From positions 672,001 to 736,000 of the forward strand of contig CP086569.2 of the NCBI GenBank assembly GCA_009914755.4: DNA of 64,000 nucleotides, read 5' to 3'. Shown here in pieces: positions 17,565 through 29,964 of this stretch. Both the position numbers and the translations under genes were made by a program. The notes below the pieces were generated by a model. The model made no database searches, was not told where the DNA came from, and saw only the letters and a list, made by a program, of their open reading frames with translations. Origin of the DNA: the human T2T-CHM13v2.0 reference genome, Homo sapiens. Each line of letters begins with the position of its first letter. Position 1 is the stretch's first letter.

Positions 17565-17975
17565 TTTCTCTGTCTCCCGGGCTGGAGTGCAGTGGCACAA
17601 TTATACTTTACTGCAGCCTCCACTTCCTATGCTCAAGGGATCCTTCCACCTCGGCCTCCGAAAGTGCTGGGATTACAGGTGTGAACCACCGTGCCTGGCT
17701 AATTTTCTAATTGTTTCGTAGAGGTGGGGTTTCACTATGTTGTCCCGTCTGGAGTGAAACTCCTGGGTTCAAGCATCCTCCTTCCTCACCCTCCCAAAAT
17801 GCTGGGATTACAGGTGTGAGTGACTTCACTGGGCTAATTTTCTCATTGTTTTGCAGAGATGGGGGTCTCACTATGTTGCCTAGGATGGGCTTATACTCCC
17901 GGGTTCAAGCAGTCCTCCTGCCTCAGCCTCCCAAAGTGCTGGGATTACAGACATGAGCCACCGGGGCTGGCAAAG
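17565..17975 (-). repeat. Tandem array of three Alu-monomer-like units (FRAM/FLAM-like), ~130-150 bp each
   Basis: Three consecutive monomers each end in ...CCTCCCAAAGTGCTGGGATTACAGGTGTGA(A/G)CCAC and are joined by TAATTTTCTAATTGTTTCGTAGAGGTGGGGTTTCACTATGTTG linkers. The dimeric Alu layout is not completed. Confidence 0.65.
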
Positions 17976-18008
17976 CTTTGAAACTAGAATGTGGAGGTCC
18001 AGTGGTAA

Positions 18009-18652
<644 letters not shown>

Positions 18653-19007
18653 TTACAGGGCAGAAGCTGGCAGGTGATTTTGGGGGCAGGAATTGCTTCC
18701 TGGATGCTGTAGGATGAACCCCACTCCCCAGGAAGGCACCCATCCTGGTGGACTAACAGAGGCAGCCCTCACCCCAAAAGGCAATGTTGTTCCACTCATT
18801 TTATGGGGTGACTCCTTCCTGTAGGTTCCTTCCAGCTTTGCCAGAAAAACACACAACATCTTTCCTGACAGGACATTGGTTTTGTTTTTGAACAGAGAGA
18901 TCCTTCATTTAAAAAGTTAGGTTTTTTTTTTTCTTTCTTTCTTTCTTTTGTCATGGAATCAACCTAGATCCTAAGCCTAGCAGGTTATTATTATTTTTTT
19001 ATTATTA

Positions 19008-19296
19008 TTTTTTGAGATGGAGTCCCACTCTGTGGCCCAGGCTGGAGGGCAGTGGCGCGATCTCGGCTCACTGCAACGTCCGCCTCCTGGGTTCAAGAGA
19101 TTCTCCTGCCTCAACCTGCAGAGGAGCCGGGATTAGAGGCACACGCCACCATGCCCAGCTAATTTTTGTACTTTTAGTAGACATAGGGTCTTGCCATGTT
19201 GGCCAGACTGATCTCAAACTCCTGACCTCAGGTGATCTGCTCACCTTGGCCTCCAAAATTGCTGAGAATACAGGTGTGAGCCACCACACCCAGACA
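19008..19296 (-). mobile_element. Alu SINE (diverged)
   Basis: GAGATGGAGTCCCACTCTGTGGCCCAGGCTGGAGGGCAGTGGCGCGATCTCGGCTCACTGCAACGTCCGCC...GAGAATACAGGTGTGAGCCACCACACCC. Confidence 0.85.
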
Positions 19297-19454
19297 CAGT
19301 TTATTTTTGCTGATTTTCTCCCTCCTCCCACCGTCCACACTCAAAGAAAATGTGGTACATCTACACCATGGAATACTACGCAACCCTGAAAAGAAACAAA
19401 ATCATGGGTTTTTTTTGCAGCAACATGGATGTAGCTGGAGGCCATTATCTTTTT

Positions 19455-19925
19455 AAAATTATTTTTATTATTTTTTATTTTTTCTATTCTACTTTAAGTT
19501 CTGGGGTATATGTGCAGAATGTGCAGGGTTGTTACATAGGTATACATGTGCCATAGTGATTTGCTGCACCCATCAACCCATCATCTACATTAGGTGTTTC
19601 TCATAATGCTCTCCCTCCCCCCCCAGTCCCCCACCCCTGCAACAGGCCCCAGTGTATGATGTTCCCCTCTCCGGGTCCATGTGTTCTCATTGTTCAACTC
19701 TCACTTATGAGTGAGAACATGTGGTGTTTGGTTTTCTGTTCCTGTGTGAATTTGCTGAGAATGATGGTTTCCAGCTTCATCCATGTCCCCCTGCAAAGGA
19801 CATGAACTCATCCTTTTTCATGGCTGCATAGTATTCCAAGGTGTCTATGTGCTACATTTTCTTTATCCAGTCTATCACTGATGAGCATTTGGGTTGGTTC
19901 CGTGTCTTTGCTATTGTGAACAGTG
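19455..19925 (-). mobile_element. L1 (L1PA-like) 3' end, reverse orientation
   Basis: TTCTACTTTAAGTTCTGGGGTATATGTGCAGAATGTGCAGGGTTGTTACATAGGTATACATGTGCCATAGTGATTTGCTGCACCCATCAACCC...GTGAGAACATGTGGTGTTTGGTTTTCTGTTCCTGTG...CATGGCTGCATAGTATTCCAAGGTGTCTATGTGC. Confidence 0.85.
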
Positions 19926-20294
19926 TGGAGGCCATTATCTTAAGTAAATTCACAGAATGCTGCACATTCTCACTTATAAGTGGGAGCTAAATGTTGTGTA
20001 TACGTAGATGCAGAGAAGGGAACAGATACTGAGGTCTAGTTAGGGGGAGAGAGGAAGGTAGAAGCACAAGAGTTGAAAAAACCAACTGCAGGGTGTTATG
20101 CTCACTACCTGGGTGATGGGATCACTCATACCCCAGACCTCTACATCACACATGGTACCCATGTAATAAACCTGTACATGTACCTCCCGAATCTAAACTG
20201 CTCCAACATTTGCCCCAGCAATTCCAAGACTGGTCATCTACCCAAAGGAAAAGAAGTCATTCTACCAAAAAGACAAATGCATGGTAAAGTTCCT

Positions 20295-20573
<279 letters not shown>

Positions 20574-20650
20574 CCTGTAAGGTTCATCACAGCACGACTC
20601 ACAATAGGAAAGTCATGGAATCGACCTAGTTGTCCATCAGTAGGGGATCA

Positions 20651-21460
20651 GATAAAGCAAATGTGGTTCTTCTACACCATGGAATACTACACAGCCACGA
20701 AAAAGAATAAAATCATGTCCTTTGCAGCCACGTGGTTGTAGCTGAAGGGCATTATGCTTAATGAATTAACCCAAGAACAGAAAACTCAAATACCACACGT
20801 TCTCAACTGGATAAAGCAATTGTGGCCCTTCTGCATCATGGAATACTACACAGCCATGAAAAAGAATAAAATCATGTCTTTGCAGCCACATGGATGCAGC
20901 TGAAGGGCATTATGCTTAGTGAATTAATGCCAGGAACAGAAAATCGAATACTACATGTTCTCAACTAGATAAAGCAAATGTGGCCCTTCTACAGCATGGA
21001 ATACTACAGAGTCATGAAAAAGAATAAAATCATGTCTTTGCAGGCACATGGATGCAGCTGAAGGGCATTATGCTTAGTGAATTAATGCCAGAAACAGAAA
21101 ATGAATACTACATGTTCTCAACTAGATAAAGCAAATGTGGTCCTTCTGCATCATGCATCATGGAATACTACACAGCCATGAAAAAGAATAAAATCATGTC
21201 TTTGCAGCCTCATGGATGCAGCTGAAGGGCATTATGCTTAGTGAATTAATGCCAGAAACAGAAAATCAAATACCACATGTTCTCAATTAGATAAAGCAAA
21301 TGGGGTCCTTCTGCATCATGGAATACTACACAGCAATGAAAAACAATAAAATCATGCCCTTTGTATTCACATGGATGAAGCTGAAGGGCACTATGCTTAG
21401 TGAATTAATGCCAGTAACAGAAAATCAAATACCACATGTTCTTGCTTATAGGTGGGAGCT
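20651..21460 (+). repeat. Tandem array: ~158-bp L1 ORF2-derived unit x ~5
   Basis: GATAAAGCAA(A/T)TGTGG recurs at about 20651, 20810, 20968, 21125 and 21290. Each unit contains CTTCTGCATCATGGAATACTACACAGCCATGAAAAAGAATAAAATCATGTCTTTGCAGCCACATGGATGCAGCTGAAGGGCATTATGCTTAGTGAATTAATGCCAG. Confidence 0.85.
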
Positions 21461-21676
21461 AAACGTTGCCTGCGCCTGGACACAATGAAGGGACACCACA
21501 GACCCTCAGGACTAATAGAGCAGGAAGCAGGGGCAGGGGTACCAGCGTTGAAAAACTACCCTGAGGTTCTTGGAATGTCAGGCAGAAGGCAGCGACTGGA
21601 GAGATCTTTGGGTCACGGATTTTTCTGTTGCATTTTCTTGCCTGTTTGTTTGTTTTTTTCTGTCTCTCTCTCTCTT

Positions 21677-21679
<3 letters not shown>

Positions 21680-21715
<36 letters not shown>

Positions 21716-21996
21716 AGAAGGAGTCTAGCTCTGTCGCCCAGGCTGGAGTGCAGTGATGCAATCTCGGCTCCCTGCGACTTCCGCCTCCTGGATTCAAGCG
21801 ATTCTCCTGCCTCAGCCTCCTGAGTAGCTGGGACTACAGGCACCCGCCACCACACCTGGTTAATTTTTGTATTTTTAGCAGAGACGGGGTTTCACAAGGT
21901 TGGTCAGGCTGGTCTTGAACTCCTGACCTCAGGCGATCACCCTGCCTGGGCCTCCCAAAGTGCTGGGATTACAGGCCTGAGCCACCGCACCCGGCC
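21680..21996 (-). mobile_element. Alu SINE with a ~35-nt poly-T, preceded by (CT)n
   Basis: GAGAAGGAGTCTAGCTCTGTCGCCCAGGCTGGAGTGCAGTGATGC...GGATTACAGGCCTGAGCCACCGCACCCGGCC. Confidence 0.9.
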
Positions 21997-22132
21997 TCTC
22001 TTCTTATGTATTTCTAGAACTCCTCTAGAATTTGGGGTTTGTTTTTCTTAATTACAAGGAACCAAGTTGAATCATTATTGCATGTATAAATATACATTTT
22101 ATATTTAATACATATTATATACCTCATGGATG

Positions 22133-22258
22133 TACAATGCTCAGTGCCTGGGTGATGGGATCATTCATACCCCAAACCTCAGCATCGTACAATATCCCCA
22201 GGTCACAAAGCTGCATGTGGATCTCCTGAATCTATAATAATAATAAATAAAAAGTGAC
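22133..22258 (+). mobile_element. L1 3' UTR tail fragment
   Basis: TGTACAATGCTCAGTGCCTGGGTGATGGGATCATTCATACCCCAAACCTCAGCATCGTACAATATCCCCAGGTCACAAAGCTGCATGTGGATCTCCTGAATCTATAATAATAATAAATAAAAAG. Confidence 0.65.
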
Positions 22259-22799
22259 TTTGTAATTCACAGGGAAACCCCCTCTGCCTCTCAGTCCCTT
22301 GGATTCCCAAAGTTTGTTTTCAACACCCCTAGGGGAAACTCAGAATCTCATTTTCAGAACGCGGGTTGTTTTTCTTAGAAGCGCTTTGCAAAACAAAATA
22401 GGAAGCAAAATCTTTCTCGCTCCTTCCGCTCCGTAATAGACAAAATAAAATGAGGGGGCAGGAATCCAAAGGCTTTGACCGCAGCTGGCAGATTTATTGT
22501 GGTACAGACCTGAAGGCAAGCAGTGTTCTCTTTGATTCTACGAACCGTACAGCCCCGGGCCGGCTGCCTTCTGCTTTCTGGATGGTGCAGGCATGAGCTC
22601 CAAGCCCAAATTTCACCGGAGCTCCAGGAATCGAGCCTGGCCCAGAGGACTCACAGCACGGGGGCCAAACATGAAACCAGTGAGCGCTCCAGCAAGGTAA
22701 CAGGACAGCTGGGTGATTCTTCTTGCCGGCTCCGCCAGATTACAGCCAGAATTCCACCGAATGTGGTCTTTCTGTGTCTCTCCCCAGACAGCGAAGCTG

Positions 22800-23860
22800 G
22801 ACAAACCTGGGGGGGTGGGGGTGGGGGGGTGCTGACTTCAGTGGGGTGTCCTGGAGAGGCAGGAACCAGGGTTTCCAGGGTGCAGATCCTGCTGAAGCAA
22901 ATGGACGTGGCATCCGCGGGCAGAGCTGGCTGTGGCGTCCCCCCTCTGCCTGCGGTGTCATCAAATGCACCCAGAGACCCCTCCTAAACCTGGAGGGTGT
23001 GCTGACCTCAGTGGGGTGTCCTGGAGAGGCAGGAACCAGGGTTTCCAGGATGCAGATCCTACTGAAGCAAATGGACGTGGCATCCGCGGGCAGAGCTGGC
23101 TGTGGCGTCCCCCCTCTGCCTGCGGTGTCACCAAATGCACCCAGACACCCCTTCTAAACCTGCAGGGTGTGCTGACCTCAGTGGGGTGTCCCGGAGAGGC
23201 AGGAACCAGGGTTTCCAGGATGCAGATCCTGCTGAAGCAAATGGACGTGGCATCCTTGGGCAGAGCTGGCTGTGGCGTCCCCCCTCTGCCTGCGGTGTCA
23301 CCAAATGCACCCAGAGACCCCTCCTAAACCTGGAGGGTGTGCTGACCTCAGTGGGGTGTCCTGGAGAGGCAGGAACCAGGGTTTCCAGGATGCAGATCCT
23401 GCTGAAGCAAATGGACGTGGCATCCTTGGGCAGAGCTGGCTGTGGCGTCCCCCCTCTGCCTGCGGTGTCACCAAATGCACCCAGACACCCCTTCTAAACC
23501 TGCAGGGTGTGCTGACCTCAGTGGGGTGTCCCGGAGAGGCAGGAACCAGGGTTTACAGGGTGCAGATCCTGCTGAAGCAAATGGACGTGGCATCCTCAGG
23601 CAGAGCTGGCTGTGGCGTCCCTCCTCTGCCTGCGGTGTCACCAAATGCACCCAGACACCCCTCCTAAACCTGCAGGGTGTGCTGACCTCAGTGGGGTGTC
23701 CCGGAGAGGCAGGAACCAGGGTTTCCAGGGTGCAGATCCTACTGAAGCAAAGGGGCGTGGCATCCTCGGGCAGGGCTGGCTGTGGCTGGCCCCCCCAGCC
23801 TGGACATCCCCCCCACTGCCTGGGGTGTCACCTAATGCACCCAGAGACCTCTCGTCCAAA
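22800..23860 (+). repeat. 170-bp GC-rich, CpG-containing tandem repeat (VNTR/macrosatellite-like), ~6.2 copies
   Basis: The CTAAACCTG(C/G)AGGGTGTGCTGACCTCAGTGGGGTGTCC landmark recurs at 22984, 23154, 23324, 23494 and 23664, exactly 170 bp apart. Each unit has about 4-5 CpGs (CATCCGCGGGCAG, CTGCCTGCGGTGTC, GGACGTGGC). Confidence 0.95.
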
Positions 23861-23939
23861 AGGCCATTCATGGGAAGCCTCCAGGTCTCCTCGGCAGGCA
23901 GCATCACGTCTGATTTATCTGTGTTATCAGGTAACGCAG

Positions 23940-24697
<758 letters not shown>

Positions 24698-24699
24698 CC

Positions 24700-25140
24700 C
24701 AGTGTGTGAATTTTTACGTTTGTGTGTCCACGTGATTACGTGAGTCTTTTTGTGACTGCGTTTGCACGAGTGTGACTGTATGTATGTGTCTGTGTGTGCT
24801 TGTGTGATTCTGAGTGTGTGTATGAGTGTGTATGACATATGTGAGTGTCTATGTGGGTGAATGGCCATCCACGTGTTTATATGAGAGTGTTTTCATGATT
24901 CTGTTTATGCGTCTTTGTACGTATACGTGTTTGTGTGCTTTGTGAGAACATCCATGTGCCTCTGCACCCACGTGTGCATGTGAGGGTTTTTGTAATTGTG
25001 TTTGTGTGTGTGTGTCCCTGTGTTTGTGTGAGTGTGCATGTCTTTGTGTGTCCATGTGCTTCTCTGAGTGTGTTTTGTGATTCTGTCTTTGCGTTGATGT
25101 GCGTTTGTGTAAGCGTGTGGTTGCATTTGTGTCCGTGATT
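24700..25140. repeat. Degenerate GT-rich low-complexity tract
   Basis: GTGTGTCCACGTGATTACGTGAGTC...GTGTTTGTGTGAGTGTGCATGTC... seen directly. Confidence 0.75.
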
Positions 25141-25445
25141 CTGGAGCAGGTGAGCTGATCACAAGCCTGAGTCAAGAATCCATGGAGATCATTTACAGCA
25201 GAAGCCGGGACCCTGTGCAAATCCTTCTGAAATATCCCCGATTGACTGAGCTCCTAGGGGTGGGGAAGAAAAATTCCCTGACATCTCGGCCTCAGGGAAA
25301 GAGACACCCCACTGGCAGGACGTCTCTGCTGTTTCTCAGAAGACAGCTGGGGTGTCACTCTCCCAAACGACGGTGATTTTCAGAACGGTTCACTTTGTGG
25401 AGAGACGTTTCTGCCCTGGAGATCCGTACATATTGAACCCAAATG
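25141..25445 (+). repeat. Inverted-repeat arm A (~305 bp)
   Basis: CTGGAGCAGGTGAGCTGATCACAAGCCTGAGTCAAGAATCCATGGAGATCATTTACAGCAG...CCGTACATATTGAACCCAAATGAATATTTTTTAATTAAAAAA is the reverse complement of 26283-26606. Confidence 0.9.
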
Positions 25446-25454
25446 AATATTTTT

Positions 25455-25810
25455 TAATTAAAAAAGTTTATATAAATATGCATTGTGTATACTTTATATT
25501 AATATATTGATATAAATAAATGTATTTTATTAATATAAACATATGATTTTTATAGTTTACATAAATAATAAAGTTACATATGGTGTATATGTAAAATATA
25601 CTTTTATTTGTAATACATAATTGTATAGATTAAATTTTATATACTAAGCAAAGTTACGTGTAATATATACATGCCATATAACATCATTTATATAATATAT
25701 AACTTTATGTAAATAAAATAAAATTGATCTTATATTAATACGTAATTATGTATATACACTATGTAAAAATAAAATTATATATTGTATATGCATAATTATA
25801 TTTCTATAAA
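25455..25810 (+). repeat. AT-rich direct repeat B, copy 1 (~360 bp)
   Basis: TATAAATATGCATTGTGTATACTTTATATTAATATATTGATATAAATAAATGTATTTTATTAATATAAACATATGATTTTTATAG... is about 85-90% identical to 26860-27215 in the same orientation. Confidence 0.8.
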
Positions 25811-26282
25811 TACACGCTTATGTGTGTATTTATACGTGAATGCCTGTGTTTGTGTGAGTCCATCAGTGAGTGCGTGAATGTGTGTGTGAGCATGTGTGTC
25901 TGTGTGAGTGTAAGAGTGTTGTACCTTTATACACACCCATTTTGTTTTCTGGTTAATAACAAGGTCTATGTTTGATTTAGGATATGAAGAATTCTTATAA
26001 GCAACCCCACACACACAATTTGTATTTATTTTAAAATATTCTTAAAATATGGATTTTTTTTATTTTTGCACAAACAGACAAGACTGTTTTTTCTTTCCAA
26101 AACTTTTATTTCAAATTCTGACACCGAGGGGGAGAAAAAGAAGAAAACATTGTGTAACCTTATATGCATTAGACACATAAGTAATTACTAAATGCAATAC
26201 AGATTTCGACAACATGCTTTTAGGAAACAGGAGGAATTCAAACTCGTAGCCGCCTCAATGTTGAACTTTCTAATGTTTAATT

Positions 26283-26606
26283 TTTTTAATTAAAAATTAT
26301 TCGTTTGGGTTCAATATGTACGGATCTCCAGGGCAGAAACGTCTCTCTAAAAAGTGAACCGTTCTGAAAATCACCGTCGTTTGGGAGAGTGACACCCCAG
26401 CTGTCTTCTGAGAAACAGCAGAGACGTCCTGCCAGTGGGGTGTCTCTTTCCCTGAGGCCGAGATGTCAGGGAATTTTTCTTCCCCACCCCTAGGAGCTCA
26501 GTCAACCGGGGATATTTCAGAAGGATTTGCACAGGGCCCCGGCTTCTGCTGTAAATGATCTTCATGGATTCTTGGCTCAGGCTTGTGATCAGCTTACCTG
26601 CTGCAG
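26283..26606 (-). repeat. Inverted-repeat arm A' (reverse complement of 25141-25445)
   Basis: TTTTTTAATTAAAAATTATTCGTTTGGGTTCAATATGTACGGATCTCCAGGGCAGAAACGTCTCTC...TGTGATCAGCTTACCTGCTGCAG. Confidence 0.9.
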
Positions 26607-26834
26607 AATCACTTTCCCTCGTAGCTTCTGGGCTCAGACACCTCAAAACCAGCAAAGGGAAGTCCTCACTGGCCAACGCGTCCATCCCAACTCCCGCATC
26701 TCCCCTTAGGGCGGGTTTGGGGTCCCGGACTTCGTTACTGATCCTTTCAAAGCGGACAGGGAGGTAAGATTTTATTCTGTTTCCAGAGGTTCACGATTTC
26801 TGCAGACGGTCAGCAACTCTTTGCATCCTACTGG

Positions 26835-27215
26835 TAAAAGTTTTATATACTTTGTATTTATATAAATATGCATTGGGTATATTTTATATCAATAGATTGC
26901 TATAAATAAGTATATTTTATTAATATAAACATATGATTTTTATATTTTTATATAAATAATAAAGTTATATATAGTGTATATGTAAAATACACTTTTATTT
27001 GTAATACATAATTTTGTAGATTAAATTTAATATATTAAGCAAAAATATGTGTAACATATACATAACATATAACATATTTATATAACATATAACTTAATGT
27101 AAATAAGTATATAATAAAATTGATATTATATTTGTTAATACATAATTATGTATATATACTATGTAAAAATAAAATTATATATTGTATATGCATAATTATA
27201 TTTCTATAAATACAA
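26835..27215 (+). repeat. AT-rich direct repeat B, copy 2
   Basis: TATAAATATGCATTGGGTATATTTTATATCAATAGATTGCTATAAATAAGTATATTTTATTAATATAAACATATGATTTTTATATTTTTATATAAATAATAAAGTTATATATAGTGTATATGTAAAATACACTTTTATTTGTAATACATAATT. Confidence 0.8.
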
Positions 27216-27645
27216 TTACATACCACATATAATTATGTATAAAATAATTGTATATAAAATTATATAATAAATTTTGAAACTTTATAAATTATTATACATA
27301 GTATTTTATTGTATTAAATTTAGAAATGTGTTATATATAATAAAACCTTATATAATAAATGTAGATTATATAAAATTTTATTTATAATAAATTACCTTAT
27401 GTATAATCATATGAGAAAATAATTACATATAACATTGTATTACAATAAATTTAGAAATGTTATACATTATTATATATAAAATTTCATTATATTAAATTTA
27501 GAAATATATATAGTAAAATGGTATATTAAAATTTTTATGTAACATTTTATTATACATGTGTAATTTTATATGTTTTGTAATATGTAGAATATAAGTACAA
27601 AAATATTTATATACAGCTACGTGTAATATAAATACATCAGTGTAA

Positions 27646-27930
<285 letters not shown>

Positions 27931-27989
27931 CAACAGTGTAAGATACTAGCTATTAAAAAATAAATAAATAAATAAATATATATATATAT

Positions 27990-28790
27990 ATATAGCAACA
28001 GCTGATTTGTCTGGAAGACTTTGGTCAGAAGACAGTGTATGAAGAAGACAGTGAGTCCCTAGAGGAATATAAGAATATACATCATGTTAATATATTATAT
28101 ATAACATAAACAGCTAATTATATCTGTATGTATAGTATAAACATAAAGTACAAAAATATTTGTATATAACTATAATATAAATATATGTGTAAGATATTAG
28201 CTATTAAAATATACATATGTGTGTATGTATGTGTATATGTGTATATATAATATATACATATATAGCATATATAATATATAATATATAGCATAATATAAAA
28301 TAATATATTGTATTATATATAAGACATAATATAATATATATTATATATAAGACATAATATAATATATATTATATATAAGACATAATATAATATATATTAT
28401 ATATAAGACATAATATAATATATATTATATATAATAAAATATATAGCATATATATTTGCTATATATATATAGTATATATATAGCAACAGCTGATTTGTCT
28501 GGAAGACTTTGGTCAGAAGACACTGTATTAAGAAGACAGTGAGTCCCCAGAGGAATATAAGAATATACATCATGTTAATATATTATATATAACATAAACA
28601 GCTAATTACATCTGTACATATAGCATAAACATAAAGTACAAAAATATTTATAACTATATATAATATAAATATATCAGTGTAAGATATTAGCTATTAAAAA
28701 ATATGTGTACATAAATAGCAACTGGTGATTTGTCTGGAAGACTCTGTTCAGAAGACAGTGTATTAGGAAGACAGGCAGTCCCCTCAGGAA
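27990..28790. repeat. ~230-250-bp AT-rich unit x ~3 (AGCAACAGCTGATTTGTCTGGAAGACTTTGGTCAGAAGACAGTGTA...AGTGTAAGATATTAGCTATTAAAA), with an embedded 28-bp x4 minisatellite at 28290-28440
   Basis: Copies begin at about 27995, 28470 and 28715. ATATAAGACATAATATAATATATATTAT is repeated 4 times. The Alu at 27649 is inserted into an additional, partial upstream copy. Confidence 0.75.
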
Positions 28791-29228
28791 GCGTGGGGCA
28801 GGTGGGATCTGGAGGTGACTCTGGGCTGCCAGAAGATGCCCCACTGCTTTGGGGCAGACACAGGTGGAGAGGTCCTCTCTGTAGCTTCAGCGTGGACACT
28901 GTGTGTGTCTTGTTGTGGGAGCACTTCTTTGTGCTTCCCTCTCCACTGTGACCCCGTCACATTCACTGACCTGTCCTCCTCCTTCCTCTCGCTCTCCGGG
29001 GCCCCTGTGCAAAGAGGGTCTTCCCCCCGAGCAGCAGGAACCCCCTAGACCCTCCCCATGCTCCTGGGTTCTGAACCTCAGGTACATGAGATCCTACCTG
29101 ACCGGGCACAGGCTCTGTTCACCCTCAGGAACCCCTGTCCTCCCAGGCCACCGTGGACTGGAGAACTGGCCTCCTGAAAATCCAGAGAGAACTTAGCACC
29201 GACAACTTCTTTTTTCCTTTTTCTTTTC

Positions 29229-29504
29229 TTTTTTTTTTTTTTTGAGACAGGATCTTGCTCCGTCCCCCAGGCTGGAGTGCAACGGCATGATCTCAGCTCA
29301 CTGCAACCTCCTCCTCCCACATTCAAGCAGTTCATCCTGCCTCTGTCTCCCGAGTATCTGGGATCACAGGCCTCCACCCCCACGGCCAACTAATTTCTGT
29401 GTTTTTAGTAGAGACGGGGTTTCACCATGTTGGCCAGGCTGGTCTCGAACTCTTGACCCCAAGTGATCCACCCGCCTCGGCCTCCCAAAGCACCGGGATG
29501 ACAC
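29229..29504 (-). mobile_element. Alu SINE (diverged)
   Basis: Poly-T then GAGACAGGATCTTGCTCCGTCCCCCAGGCTGGAGTGCAACGG...GGGATGACAC. Confidence 0.85.
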
Positions 29505-29964
29505 ATATTAGCATGACGTATATTCTTCTGTTCCTCCGGGGACTCACTGTCTTCTTGGGCCAGTGAACCACCGTGCCCTGCCTTCTCTGTCCACATCTAC
29601 ACACGTGTAAATCTCTGTAGATTCTGAATTGTTTTTCCTTTTGCACAGAATGAGAGGAACTGAAGTCGGGAGGCCCAGCCCCAACATGGTCCCTCTGGCT
29701 CTGTGCTCAGGCGGTTTATGGCTGAGAAGGACTTGGGGGTTGAGGGCTTCCTATCAGCCCAGGAGACATTCCCCGGGCCTGGGGAAGCCTGCTCTGCACT
29801 TGTGGGTCTCGAATTGTCTGTTGCATTTACCTGCCTTATTATTTTTTCTTCCTGTCTCTCTTCTTACATATTTCTCTCGAATTTGGGGCTTGTTTTTCTT
29901 AACTACAATCAACGTGAATCATTATTGCATTATATAAATATAAATTTTATATTGAATAGACATT

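Noticed and set aside
22800-23860. Possibility that the ~170-bp repeat is alpha-satellite (171 bp)
   Set aside because: Alpha-satellite is AT-rich with characteristic CENP-B or pJalpha boxes. This unit is GC-rich and CpG-containing and shares no motif with alphoid DNA.
25182-25376. 64-aa ORF duplicated in inverted orientation at 26371-26685 (shared MEIIYSRSR.PVQILLKYPRLTELLGVGKK... peptide)
   Set aside because: Its conservation is fully explained by the ~95% identical inverted DNA repeat. The ORF is short and has no recognisable domain, so it is not counted as a gene. The adjacent CpG-rich region is flagged separately.
28790-29210. GC-rich unique segment with 70-100-aa ORFs on both strands
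   Set aside because: No splice-site pairs or coding periodicity are discernible by eye, and the ORFs on opposite strands overlap, which is typical of GC-rich non-coding DNA. It is left unannotated.
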